64,000 nucleotides of DNA from the NCBI GenBank assembly GCA_038851075.1, contig JAWCLG010000001.1, positions 46,206-110,205 of the forward strand, in the 5' to 3' direction. This DNA is from Candidatus Hadarchaeales archaeon (GTDB lineage Archaea > Hadarchaeota > Hadarchaeia > Hadarchaeales > Hadarchaeaceae). This document shows positions 1 through 8,891 of the stretch, one piece after another (position 1 is the stretch's first letter; the number at the start of each line of letters is the position of its first letter). The position numbers were made by a program, and so were the translations under genes. Below the pieces are notes generated by a model. The model ran no database searches. It saw only the letters and a program-made list of their open reading frames with translations, and was not told where the DNA came from.

Positions 1-322
1 TTACGAATGAGCTGCATTCAGTTCCGTATCCCCTTCCATGGGTAATCCTAACAACGATGACGGAATTATCACGTACCTCCACAGCGTAGTAACTTCCACC
101 AAGGCTCGGAGGTAGGTCCTTGAAGGGCTGCTCCCCGGAAAGCGCTGCAAATGCAGTTCTGCCGAGCTCATCTGCAAGCGAACTGGCCTCCTCCTGAACC
201 CTCATGTCCATCTGACGCTCGTAAACGGCCATGAACAGGGCGAATATCAGCATCCCGAGAATCACGCTGTAGAGCACTATAAGCGGGAAGCTGGAAGCAC
301 CTTCCTGACAAATGTCTCTCAG
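1..322 (-). CDS. Partial small pilin-like (class III signal-peptide-like) protein. Its 3' end lies beyond the left window edge and its start is unresolved.
   Basis: My own translation shows an open minus-strand frame from 331 down to position 2 that runs off the window. It reads ...RDICQEG|ASSFPLIVLYSVILGMLIFALFMAVYERQMDMRVQEEASSLADELGRT...LPPSLGGSYYAVEVRDNSVIVVRITHGRGYG... This is a short polar stretch followed by about 25 hydrophobic residues, like the pilin-like ORFs at 15.1-17.5 kb. The first ATG (253) and GTG (277) fall inside the hydrophobic helix. Only CTG (322, overlapping the upstream stop as CTGA) or ATT (313) precede it. It is absent from the ORF track because it has no stop in the window. 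Confidence 0.4.
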   Translation of the reverse strand, partial: MRDICQEGASSFPLIVLYSVILGMLIFALFMAVYERQMDMRVQEEASSLADELGRTAFAALSGEQPFKDLPPSLGGSYYAVEVRDNSVIVVRITHGRGYGTECSSFV

Positions 323-705
323 ACGCTCACCTCAACACCGTTCTCGACCCTCAGAAGCCTCATGTTCGCGGACGTGCCGCTCAGCGCCGGGCCAGATACC
401 TGAATCCCCACGTATACGTTATCGGCCCTGTTCCCGATGATGAAATTTACGGAGCTGTCTCCAAACGAAAGCTCACATCCGGATGGCACATATATCTGGA
501 GATGCCATTCTGTGCCGGGGTCCTGAGCCGCAAGGGACCTTATGCGGTTGGCGAGTTCCTCAACACTCCCGGCGAAACGCTGCTCTTCCATCGCCCTGCT
601 GTATCCGGTGTACAGCACAACGGCCATCGATATGAACATGGCCGCCATGATCGCATACGCCAGGTAGTTCAGCGCTCCCATTCGACCACTGATAATTATC
701 TGCAT
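319..705 (-). CDS. Small pilin-like or membrane-anchored protein of unknown function
   Basis: 128 aa. The N-terminus MQIIISGR|MGALNYLAYAIMAAMFISMAVVLY is followed by a helical segment and a beta-rich C-terminus. The architecture matches the small ORFs of the 15-17.5 kb pilus-like operon. Confidence 0.45.
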   Translation of the reverse strand: MQIIISGRMGALNYLAYAIMAAMFISMAVVLYTGYSRAMEEQRFAGSVEELANRIRSLAAQDPGTEWHLQIYVPSGCELSFGDSSVNFIIGNRADNVYVGIQVSGPALSGTSANMRLLRVENGVEVSV

Positions 706-766
706 GGTAAAAAAAGAATGTCAAACGTTTTAAAGCAGGAATGTTCATAAGATACGGGTGTACTGA

Positions 767-1000
767 ATGGTGAACGCGTACAGCCTCATATCAGCGGAAC
801 CCGGAAAGACTGCCGAGGTTTTCAGAAAGCTGAAAACCCTGCCCGGAGTGAAAAAGGTCGAGGCGGTTGCAGGCCCGTATGACATAGTTGCGAGGATAGA
901 GGTAGATTCCCTGGAGGCCCTAACGAAGTCAATTTTCGGGGAGATACGAAGCATACCCGGTGTGACAAACACGACCACTCTGATAGTGGTAGAGATATAA
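767..1000 (+). CDS. Stand-alone Lrp/AsnC ligand-binding (RAM) domain protein
   Basis: 77 aa. The segments AYSLISAEPGK...VKKVEAVAGPYDIVARIEVDS...IPGVTNTTTLIVV resemble the effector-binding half of Lrp/AsnC regulators, and no HTH is present. The stop overlaps the next start (TAATG at 998-1002). Confidence 0.7.
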   Translation: MVNAYSLISAEPGKTAEVFRKLKTLPGVKKVEAVAGPYDIVARIEVDSLEALTKSIFGEIRSIPGVTNTTTLIVVEI

Positions 1001-1965
1001 TGGCTCCGAGGATAATCGGGATAGTCGGGCCACAGGGTTCCGGGAAGACAGAGGTAGCAAAAATCCTGTTGGATCACGGCGCCGTTGTTGTGCGGATGGG
1101 AGACGCGGTATGGGAAGAGACGAAAAGACGCGGGCTTGAGATAAATGAGGAAAATATCGGCAGGGTTGCTGCTGATCTGAGAAGGGAGATGGGTCCGGCA
1201 GCCGTGGCCAAAATCTGCATACCCCTGATAAATGAGAAAGGCCTGGGGGCAAAACTCGTTATCGTCGATGGAATAAGAAGCATCGATGAAGTAGAAGAAT
1301 TCAGGCGGGAGTTCGGCCTTAACTTCAGGCTTCTCGCAGTCACAGCGGATAGAAGGCTGAGGATCTCGAGAATCATGAACAGAGGACGGGATGACGATGC
1401 CAGGAGTGAGGCGGAGTTCGACGAAAAGGACAGGAGGGAAGCCGGCTGGGGGCTACCTGAAGCCATTGAGAGGGCTGATTTCCTCATCCAGAACGACGGC
1501 ACGATTGACCAGCTTAGAGAAAAAATCGAAGGCATCCGTAACAGACTTGTGGGGAGAGGGATGCGCATAACTGTGAGGGCTGAGGTGAAACCAACCGAAG
1601 ACCCGAACAAGGTCAAACGTGCGCTTGAGAGGATATTTCCAGAGATCAAATTTATTTATTCAGACGGACTGCTGGTCGGAGAATCTGGCAATTCCGAGTC
1701 AATTTCAACGTTACGTCGGCTGCTGCGCCAGCAGGCGATACTCGATACCGCCAGGTCGGTGATGATATCAAACATGAAAGATGATGTGACACGCTTCATG
1801 CTGAACAAGCAGGCCGCATTTGTGGGAAAAGTGAGTTTCACGGAAGGTGAAAGCCCTCTGGGACCCATCGAAGTATTATTAAGGGCGGAGGACCCACAGC
1901 GCCTCATTGATCATCTGGCACCAAGAACCGAAAACGGCAGACCCGTGTGCGAAACCGAATATTAA
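1000..1965 (+). CDS. Fusion of a UPF0200 P-loop nucleotide kinase-like domain and a UPF0201 domain
   Basis: The N-terminal Walker A is GIVGPQGSGKTEVAK (dephospho-CoA-kinase-like). The C-terminal half (MRITVRAEVKPTEDPNKVKRALERIFP...) resembles UPF0201. I recall the same fusion annotated as the UPF0200/UPF0201 protein in Archaeoglobus. Confidence 0.65.
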   Translation: MAPRIIGIVGPQGSGKTEVAKILLDHGAVVVRMGDAVWEETKRRGLEINEENIGRVAADLRREMGPAAVAKICIPLINEKGLGAKLVIVDGIRSIDEVEEFRREFGLNFRLLAVTADRRLRISRIMNRGRDDDARSEAEFDEKDRREAGWGLPEAIERADFLIQNDGTIDQLREKIEGIRNRLVGRGMRITVRAEVKPTEDPNKVKRALERIFPEIKFIYSDGLLVGESGNSESISTLRRLLRQQAILDTARSVMISNMKDDVTRFMLNKQAAFVGKVSFTEGESPLGPIEVLLRAEDPQRLIDHLAPRTENGRPVCETEY

Positions 1966-1990
1966 TTCAGATTAACGCAGATTATATCTG

Positions 1991-2842
1991 ATGAGCATGT
2001 ACTATCGCGTTGTGAAAAAGAATAGGCTGGCCCCGGGAATTTTTTCAATAGATATCCACGCTCCCCTGATAGCCAGAAAAGCGAAACCGGGACAGTTCGT
2101 AGTGCTGATGACGGATGAACGGGGGGAGAGGATACCCCTCACAATAGCAGACTGGGACGTATCAGAAGGTTACGTGCGCCTGATATTTGAAGTCGTGGGC
2201 AGAACGACACGCAAGCTCGCCTCGATCGAAGAGAAACAGAACATTTATTCAATTGCTGGGCCACTGGGCAACCCCTCTGAAGTGGGAATCTATGGAAGGG
2301 TCGCGGTCATTGGAGGAGGAGTCGGGATAGCCGCGTGTTACCCTATAGCCAGAGGACTGCGGGAGGCCGGAAATGACGTAATATCAATACTTGGTGCCAG
2401 AAGCGGTGATTTCATAATACTGGAAAGCGAGATGAACAAACTTTCCGAGGTTATAATAACAACCGATGACGGCAGCCGCGGAATAAAGGGGTTTGTAACC
2501 GATGCTCTCAGAGACATTCTTAAAAAAGTGAACCTGAACAGGGTGTGGGCAGTCGGTCCTGCACCAATGATGAAGGCCGTTTCCGACATCACGCGTGGCA
2601 CCGGAATAAAAACAATCGTGAGCCTCAACGCAATAATGGTCGATGGTACCGGAATGTGCGGAAGCTGCAGGGTAACGGTCGGAGGAAAAATGAAGCTCAC
2701 ATGCGTTGATGGGCCAGAGTTCGATGGACATGAAGTAGACTGGAACGAATTCATACCCAGACTCCAGAGGTTTTCTGAGCAGGAAAGCTCCGCTTACCAC
2801 GGAGGTTGTGGTTGCGGTGAACCGTATGAGAGAGAAGACTGA
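1991..2842 (+). CDS. nfnA: Ferredoxin:NADP oxidoreductase / sulfide dehydrogenase small subunit (NfnA/SudB-like)
   Basis: 283 aa. It has a ferredoxin-reductase-type FAD/NAD-binding fold (VAVIGGGVGIAACYP) and a C-terminal Cys cluster (GTGMCGSCRV). It is immediately followed by a GltD-like partner. Confidence 0.75.
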   Translation: MSMYYRVVKKNRLAPGIFSIDIHAPLIARKAKPGQFVVLMTDERGERIPLTIADWDVSEGYVRLIFEVVGRTTRKLASIEEKQNIYSIAGPLGNPSEVGIYGRVAVIGGGVGIAACYPIARGLREAGNDVISILGARSGDFIILESEMNKLSEVIITTDDGSRGIKGFVTDALRDILKKVNLNRVWAVGPAPMMKAVSDITRGTGIKTIVSLNAIMVDGTGMCGSCRVTVGGKMKLTCVDGPEFDGHEVDWNEFIPRLQRFSEQESSAYHGGCGCGEPYERED

Positions 2843-2843
2843 G

Positions 2844-4223
2844 ATGGATCCGGTTCCTGTGCCAAAGAGACCTCCCCAGGAGAGAGTTCGCGACTTTAAA
2901 GAAGTTTCTCTGGGCTACTCGGAGGAACAGGCGATTCGTGAGGCTTTGAGGTGCCTTCAGTGCAGAAATCGCCCGTGCGTTAGGGGCTGCCCCGCGGAGG
3001 TGAACATTCCTGGATTCATAAGGAAGATAATCGAGGGAGACTTTGATGGAGCCTGCCTCGAGATAAAGAGAACAAACAGCCTGCCAGCGGTCTGCGGCAG
3101 GGTTTGCCCGCAGGAGGAGCAGTGCCAGCGTTCGTGCGTTTACGCCGCTAAGGGAAAGCCAATTCAGATAGGGGCGCTTGAGAGATTCGTGGCCGACCGG
3201 GCGACGGGGCGCATGACCGAGATTCCTGCCGAAAAGAAAGGCGGAGATGTGGCCGTCGTGGGCTCCGGTCCAGCCGGGATAACGTGTGCCGCTGACCTTG
3301 CGAGAATGGGACATCGTGTCACCGTCTTCGAAGCGCTTCACGTTCCCGGTGGAGTCCTTGTCTACGGCATACCCGAGTTCAGGCTCCCCAAGGAGATCGT
3401 CTCAACGGAAGTTTCATCTCTGGAGAGAATGGGGGTGAAGTTTATCTGTGACTTCGTGGTCGGCATGACGGAAACTGTTGAAGACCTGTTGAACGAGTTT
3501 GACGCTGTTTTCCTATCCAACGGTGCTGGCGCTCCTGAGTTCATGGGCATTCCCGGAGAAAGCCTGAAACAGGTGTACTCCGCAAACGAATTTTTAACAA
3601 GGACCAATCTCATGAAAGCGTATCTTCACCCGGAATTTGACACCCCGATAAACACCGGAAAAACTGTGTCGGTGATAGGGGCCGGGAACGTCGCGATGGA
3701 CGCTGCCAGGACCGCCCTGAGGCTGAAAGCGAACGAGGTGCGCATAGTTTACAGAAGGACGAGGAGCGAATCACCCGCAAGGGCTGAGGAGATAACGAAT
3801 GCGGAGGAGGAAGGAGTCAAATTTGAGTTCCTGACCCTTCCGGTAAGAATCATCGGAGACAGCTGGGGCAACGTGTCGGGAATGGAATGCGTGAAAATGA
3901 GGCTTGGTGAAAGGGATGCCTCAGGAAGGCCGGGTCCAGAGGTCATCAGCGGGTCAAACTTCACTTTGGAGACCGACCTCGTTATAAACGCGATAGGTAC
4001 AAAAGCGAACAGGACCGCGCTGAGGGGGGCTGAAGGGATACGCACCAACAGATGGGGATACATTGAAGTCGACCCAGATACGTGCGCAACTTCAATGAAA
4101 GGCGTATTTGCAGGTGGAGATGTGATTCGGGGTTCTGCCACTGTAATCTCGGCTATAGGTGACGGTAAAAAAGCCGCGAGGTCCATCCACAGTTACCTCG
4201 CGGGTATAAAAAATGCAGCTTAA
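2844..4223 (+). CDS. nfnB: NfnB/SudA-like NADPH-dependent oxidoreductase (glutamate synthase small-chain GltD family)
   Basis: It carries the Fe-S Cys motifs CLQCRNRPCVRGCP and CGRVCPQEEQCQRSC and two dinucleotide folds (VVGSGPAGITCA, VIGAGNVAMDAA). In-frame starts exist at 2808 (GTG), 2826 and 2844. The 2844 start lies 1 nt after the nfnA stop, and the longer forms overlap nfnA. Confidence 0.8.
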   Translation: MDPVPVPKRPPQERVRDFKEVSLGYSEEQAIREALRCLQCRNRPCVRGCPAEVNIPGFIRKIIEGDFDGACLEIKRTNSLPAVCGRVCPQEEQCQRSCVYAAKGKPIQIGALERFVADRATGRMTEIPAEKKGGDVAVVGSGPAGITCAADLARMGHRVTVFEALHVPGGVLVYGIPEFRLPKEIVSTEVSSLERMGVKFICDFVVGMTETVEDLLNEFDAVFLSNGAGAPEFMGIPGESLKQVYSANEFLTRTNLMKAYLHPEFDTPINTGKTVSVIGAGNVAMDAARTALRLKANEVRIVYRRTRSESPARAEEITNAEEEGVKFEFLTLPVRIIGDSWGNVSGMECVKMRLGERDASGRPGPEVISGSNFTLETDLVINAIGTKANRTALRGAEGIRTNRWGYIEVDPDTCATSMKGVFAGGDVIRGSATVISAIGDGKKAARSIHSYLAGIKNAA

Positions 4224-4247
4224 CGGTCACCGCAAACATTTTTAGAC

Positions 4248-4802
4248 ATGGCAAAAAGCAGTTATGGTTGCATGCCAGAGAACTCGAGACCAAGCAAGGA
4301 TGAATACTACCTGAGCATAGCTAAGGCGGTCTGCCAGAGATCACCGTGCATAAGGCGCCAGTTCGGTGCGATAGTCGTCAGGGACGATGTGGTGGTGTCC
4401 ACTGGATACAACGGTCCGGCAAGGGGTGTGGTCAACTGCATGGAGGTGGGGTGCCTGAAAAATGAGCTAAACCTACCGCATTACTCAGGATACGAGAGCT
4501 GTGATGCGGTGCACGGGGAAGAAAATTGCATAATCAACGCTGCGAGGCATGGAGCGAGCGTGCTGGGGGGAACGCTGTACCTCTACGGACAGGAGTTCGG
4601 GGATGCCAGGCCCATTGAGGGAAAACCGTGCGACAGGTGCAAGCGTGCGATAATAAACGCGGGAATAAAGGAAGTCGTGACGATGAAACCGGATGGAAGA
4701 ATAGTTCGATTTAAGGTTGCGGACTGGGTGAAGGAAGACACAGAAGACTATCTTGCGAAGCTAAAAGATGTCAAAAGGCACAGAAAAGAAAAAAAGCCAT
4801 GA
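4248..4802 (+). CDS. dCMP (deoxycytidylate) deaminase family protein
   Basis: It has the zinc-binding motifs of CMP/dCMP deaminases, HGEENCIINA (HxE) and PCDRCKRAIINAGI (PCxxC). Confidence 0.75.
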   Translation: MAKSSYGCMPENSRPSKDEYYLSIAKAVCQRSPCIRRQFGAIVVRDDVVVSTGYNGPARGVVNCMEVGCLKNELNLPHYSGYESCDAVHGEENCIINAARHGASVLGGTLYLYGQEFGDARPIEGKPCDRCKRAIINAGIKEVVTMKPDGRIVRFKVADWVKEDTEDYLAKLKDVKRHRKEKKP

Positions 4803-4879
4803 CGGGGATATATCTCCGGGCGATGAAGAGAAGAGGGTTAAGTGATCCCTGAGATGAACTTAGCTTTTACCTGAGCCCA

Positions 4880-5788
4880 CTACCGCCTGAGCGGTATGTT
4901 TATCTCGTCCAGATCACTTGGGGCGGTCACGTTTTCAAACACGGCGGCTGCATCCTTGAGTAGCTGGGACGTGTCAGTATATCGCGGACTTATGTGGAAA
5001 AGAACCAGCAGCTCCGCGCGCGCCTCCCTCGCAGTTTCAGCGGCCTCTCTTGAAGTGGAGTGCGAGTTCTCAGCCGCCTTATCCCTCAAGTCATCGGAAA
5101 AAGTGGAGTCGTGAATCAGCACGTTCGCTCCGGACGCTAGCTTGACTATTTCATCACACGGCCTTGTATCTCCGGTGTAGACTATCTTCCTTCCAGACCT
5201 GGGGGGACCCATCACATCCTCTGGTCTTACCACCCTGTTTCCCACCCTAACGATCTCGCCCGCCTGGAGCTTCGAAAAATCAGGGCCGGGCCTCACGCCG
5301 AGCGACTCCGCTTTATCCGGATAAAACCTTCCTGGTCTCTTATCCTCAACAAGAGCATACGCCAGCGATGGAACCGGATGCAGCGCTCTGCGGGCGAGTA
5401 TCCTGTATCCTCTCATTTCGATCTCTCCTCCATCCCGCAGACCGCCCACAGAGACATCAAAAGTCAGGCTGTACCTCGGAATCTTGATATATTCCCACAG
5501 TCTCTCCCTGTCCTCCAGCGGACAGTATATTCTGAGCGGCGTGCTTCTTCCGAGAAGAGCCATTGTCTGGATCAACCCGGCAAGGCCCAGAAAGTGGTCT
5601 CCGTGCAGATGCGTTATGAAGATCGAACTTATCTTTAAAGGGCTCAGTCCTGCTCTCGTCATCTGCACCTGAGTCCCCTCACCGCAGTCGAACAGAAGAA
5701 GCTCTTTTTCCCTCCTCACTGCCACAGCCGGAAGCGACCTCGTAGCGGTTGGGATACTGCCGCTGGTGCCGAGAAGGATAATCTTCAA
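4880..5788 (-). CDS. rnz: Ribonuclease Z (tRNA 3' endonuclease)
   Basis: 302 aa. The N-terminus is MKIILLGTSGSIPT and the metallo-beta-lactamase motif is ITHLHGDHFLG. Length and layout are typical of short-form RNase Z. Confidence 0.85.
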   Translation of the reverse strand: MKIILLGTSGSIPTATRSLPAVAVRREKELLLFDCGEGTQVQMTRAGLSPLKISSIFITHLHGDHFLGLAGLIQTMALLGRSTPLRIYCPLEDRERLWEYIKIPRYSLTFDVSVGGLRDGGEIEMRGYRILARRALHPVPSLAYALVEDKRPGRFYPDKAESLGVRPGPDFSKLQAGEIVRVGNRVVRPEDVMGPPRSGRKIVYTGDTRPCDEIVKLASGANVLIHDSTFSDDLRDKAAENSHSTSREAAETAREARAELLVLFHISPRYTDTSQLLKDAAAVFENVTAPSDLDEINIPLRR

Positions 5789-6819
5789 CCCTTCTTCCTC
5801 CTGAAAACCTGTACCTTTCTGGTGAGGCTTCTGTGAACCCTTTGTTCATGAGATTCTATCAGCCTGAATCCGACTCCTGCGGCGATGTCCTCAAGCTCCA
5901 CACCGTCCGGAGATGTGATGCACAGATACCCCTTTTCCTTGAGTATCTCCGCAATTGACGGAATAGCCTCTCTGTACAGTTTGACCAGTTCGGACCCCAT
6001 CGTTGAAGCCTGTCTTCCATAGGGCGGGTCGGTGGCCACAGCGTCAGCCTTAACCGGAGGCAGCTTCCGCGCATCCCCGACCATCAGCTGAAAGTTCGTT
6101 ATTCCAAATGCCTCAAGGTTTTTTCTGCTCCCTTCAATCATTTCCTTCTCAGCGTCAACGCCTATCAGTGTGGCCCCGATCAGCCCGGCCTCTATGAGTA
6201 TCCCGCCAACACCGCAAAAGGGATCCATAAAAGTCCCCCTTCTCGGGGTTCTCGCCAGGTTTACCATGCAGCGTGAAAGTATAGGGGGGAGGGTACTCGG
6301 ATGAAACGCCGGGCGTGCACTCGGTCTTCTCCTCAGGAACTGTTTTCTGTCGACCGACGCCAGGCTTGTTCCGAAAACGCAGACCTCCCCGGTCAGCACC
6401 CCCAGCAGCTCCACCTGCGGATGCGTGAGGTCGACCGTGAACTCAATCTCGCTGGCGATCATGTCCGCTATCTCTCTGGAGAGTACGATCGGGTCTATAT
6501 GGGGTGCGCTGTTTTTGATCCTCGTAATCCTCACCGCAAACGTTCTCCCGTGAGGAATTATGTCGAGGAGATCAGAACTTCCAACAGCGCCGAGTATATC
6601 GTCGCCGGCGCTGACAGTGCAGAGGTGCTGATATATGCCCCTCGTCATCGAAAGCCTTGAGGCGAGAACTTCCGGATTCACGCCGGTTTCCGCGAGAAGA
6701 ACCTGTTCGAACTGCTCCACCACCTTGAAAGCCTTGTGCTCCGCCTGCATCGCTGCCTGCGCCTCAGCTGACGGCAGGGTTGGATGCTCACCCGAGAGCA
6801 GGAACATCAGGACTGCCAT
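5785..6819 (-). CDS. tRNA (guanine(10)-N2)-methyltransferase, archaeal Trm-G10/Trm11 type
   Basis: A THUMP-like N-terminal half is followed by a class I methyltransferase domain (FMDPFCGVGGILIEAG, TDPPYG). It overlaps rnz by 4 nt. Confidence 0.7.
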   Translation of the reverse strand: MAVLMFLLSGEHPTLPSAEAQAAMQAEHKAFKVVEQFEQVLLAETGVNPEVLASRLSMTRGIYQHLCTVSAGDDILGAVGSSDLLDIIPHGRTFAVRITRIKNSAPHIDPIVLSREIADMIASEIEFTVDLTHPQVELLGVLTGEVCVFGTSLASVDRKQFLRRRPSARPAFHPSTLPPILSRCMVNLARTPRRGTFMDPFCGVGGILIEAGLIGATLIGVDAEKEMIEGSRKNLEAFGITNFQLMVGDARKLPPVKADAVATDPPYGRQASTMGSELVKLYREAIPSIAEILKEKGYLCITSPDGVELEDIAAGVGFRLIESHEQRVHRSLTRKVQVFRRKKG

Positions 6820-6826
6820 GAAGCGC

Positions 6827-7696
6827 TCACCCTAAGGCTTCCGCGATGAGCCCGGATACTGAAACCCTGCTCACTTCCCGCTCTATGGTATCCGTTGATA
6901 TTACATCTTTCACTCCGGCCCTCTTCATCCTGACCAGCGCATTGCCGCTCAGGACCGGATGCGTGCATGCTGCGTAGACCGCTCTGGCGCCCATCCTCCT
7001 CAGGCTCTTCGAGGACTCGGCGATGGTGCCACCGGTGCTTATTATGTCGTCGAGCAGTATTATGTCCCTTCCCCTCACATCAAAGCTCACCGGAGAGACC
7101 TCTACCTTTTCCGGAGATATTCTTCTCTTCTCAACATGGCTGTAATCCGCCCCCATCTCAAGCGCGGCGATCCTCGCCCTTTCTTCCGCACCCCTGTCGG
7201 CCCCGAGAACTATCGGTCTCTTCAGCCTCATCCTTTTTAGGTGCTCCCCGATGGCACGCGCGGCAGTTAGGTCAATCGCCCTTATCGAAAAGTGCGAGAG
7301 GGTTTCCCTGTGATGAATATCAACAGTTATGAATCCGTCCGCCCCGGCGCCCTCGATGAGCCTGCACACCGTCTTCACGCTGAGCGCTTCTCCAGGCCTG
7401 AAGCGCCTGTCCTGCCTGGCGTACGCGAGATACGGCACGACGGCGATAATCTCCTTAGCCCCCATGTCTCTGAGAAGATCCGTGATGAAGAGAAGCTCCA
7501 TCAGATTTTCGTCCTGAGGGGCTGCCGTTGACTGAACGACCACGGCTTTCTCTCCGTCCACCCGCTCCACAATCCTGACGTAGAGCTCTCCATCCGGAAA
7601 ACGTTTAACCTCTGGCCTGATTATCCTGCAGCACAGCTTTTTCGATAGCCTTGCAGATAGAAGGGGCGATGCAGACCCTGATACGACCGCTACCAT
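6827..7696 (-). CDS. prs: Ribose-phosphate pyrophosphokinase (PRPP synthase)
   Basis: Homology begins at the Met at 7696 (MVAVVSGSASPLLSARLSKKL...). The PRPP-binding loop is IILLDDIISTGGT. The 441-aa ORF in the track (to 8152) is an upstream extension antisense to the next gene. Confidence 0.85.
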   Translation of the reverse strand: MVAVVSGSASPLLSARLSKKLCCRIIRPEVKRFPDGELYVRIVERVDGEKAVVVQSTAAPQDENLMELLFITDLLRDMGAKEIIAVVPYLAYARQDRRFRPGEALSVKTVCRLIEGAGADGFITVDIHHRETLSHFSIRAIDLTAARAIGEHLKRMRLKRPIVLGADRGAEERARIAALEMGADYSHVEKRRISPEKVEVSPVSFDVRGRDIILLDDIISTGGTIAESSKSLRRMGARAVYAACTHPVLSGNALVRMKRAGVKDVISTDTIEREVSRVSVSGLIAEALG

Positions 7697-7710
7697 GCAA
7701 TCCACGCAAT

Positions 7711-7737
7711 CATTTATTTTGCCTCTTAAAAAATGTA
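7711..7737. promoter_or_regulatory. AT-rich divergent promoter region (TATA-like elements) between prs and the radical SAM gene
   Basis: The sequence catttattttgcctcttaaaaaatg contains TATA-like A/T blocks. They lie about 15-40 nt from the prs ATG (7696) and upstream of the candidate radical-SAM starts (7743 and 7827). Confidence 0.3.
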
Positions 7738-7742
7738 CTTGG

Positions 7743-8831
7743 ATGTGGAGAGCATACAGGCCGGATGCGCTTGAGGTCCTGAACGACAGAACTGCGAGGT
7801 CTTCACTCAAAAGGTACTTCGATGTAATGGAGGACAGGGCACCGGCCAGATTCGTTCTGTGCCGGAGCATAGAGGTCAAAGCAGACCTCTCGACCGGGAC
7901 CGATGTCCTCTGGAAGATGCACGAAGAAGGAATGCGAACTCTTGTGTCATACATCGGACAAAGGTACGCTTCTGAAAAAACAGATGAACTTCCCTGCCCG
8001 GAAGTCTCGCTTCTGGACCTGAAGATAGAACTCGCGAAAAGAATGCTGAAATCATGCCATTTCTGCGAGAGGAGATGCGGGGTCGACCGCACATCAGGAA
8101 AAACGGGGTTCTGCGGGGTCGGGGCGAACCCCAGGATAGCCTCTGAGTTCATGCATTACGGAGAGGAGCCCGAGCTGGTGCCCAGCTACACGTTGTTCTT
8201 CGCCGGATGCACTTTCAGATGCGCCTTCTGCCAGAACTACGACATATCCCAGGACCCACGCGCCGGCGTCGAGGCTTCACCAAGAATTATGGCGAAAATG
8301 GTCAGTAAAGCCAGGAGGGATGGGGCCAGAAACGTCAACTGGGTCGGCGGCTCCCCCACTCCCAACCTGCATGCGATACTGGAGGCTCTGAAGATGTGCG
8401 AGGTCAACATCCCCTCGGTGTGGAACTCCAACTTCTACATGACCGAGGAGAGCATGCGCCTGCTTGGCGGCACGCAGGATATCTACCTATCTGACTTCAA
8501 GTACGGCTCGGATCTATGCGCCTCTCGCCTATCAGGTGTTTCTGGATATCTCAGTGCTGTGAAACGCAACCACCTGCTTGCGCTAGAGGACTCAGAACTG
8601 ATAATCCGCCATCTGGTCATGCCAGGACACATCGAATGCTGCACCCGTCCGGTGCTGCAGTGGATATCAAAAAACCTTGGAAAGAACGTCAGAATCAACG
8701 TGATGGCGCAGTACAGGCCATGCTACAGGGCTGGGGAATACGAGGAACTGAAGAGGACTGTAACATGGGACGAGATGAAAACCGCGCTCAGGATAGCGGA
8801 GGAGTGCGGGATGAAAAACGTGATAAGCTGA
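7743..8831 (+). CDS. Radical SAM protein, PflX-like (pyruvate formate-lyase-activase-related, function unknown)
   Basis: The N-terminal Cys motif CHFCERRCGVDR is followed by the radical SAM CxxxCxxC motif (CTFRCAFCQNYD). The start is uncertain. The track start at 7695 would overlap the prs start codon, and in-frame Mets occur at 7743 and 7827. Confidence 0.7.
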   Translation: MWRAYRPDALEVLNDRTARSSLKRYFDVMEDRAPARFVLCRSIEVKADLSTGTDVLWKMHEEGMRTLVSYIGQRYASEKTDELPCPEVSLLDLKIELAKRMLKSCHFCERRCGVDRTSGKTGFCGVGANPRIASEFMHYGEEPELVPSYTLFFAGCTFRCAFCQNYDISQDPRAGVEASPRIMAKMVSKARRDGARNVNWVGGSPTPNLHAILEALKMCEVNIPSVWNSNFYMTEESMRLLGGTQDIYLSDFKYGSDLCASRLSGVSGYLSAVKRNHLLALEDSELIIRHLVMPGHIECCTRPVLQWISKNLGKNVRINVMAQYRPCYRAGEYEELKRTVTWDEMKTALRIAEECGMKNVIS

Positions 8832-8891
8832 TCCGTCGGCCGTTAAACCGATAGAGTATAATAGGCACGTGAAATCGTAAAGAGGGGGAAT

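Noticed and set aside
2808-2843. An N-terminal extension of nfnB from a GTG at 2808 that overlaps nfnA by 35 nt
   Set aside because: An ATG immediately after the nfnA stop (2844), or the ATG at 2826, gives a conventional coupled start. The extension adds no recognisable sequence.
6827-8152. A 441-aa ORF that suggests a PRPP synthase with a long N-terminal extension
   Set aside because: PRPP synthase similarity starts exactly at the Met at 7696. The upstream 152 codons are low-complexity and Ser/Arg-rich, lie antisense to the radical SAM gene and cross an AT-rich promoter region. I treat them as an open-frame artefact.
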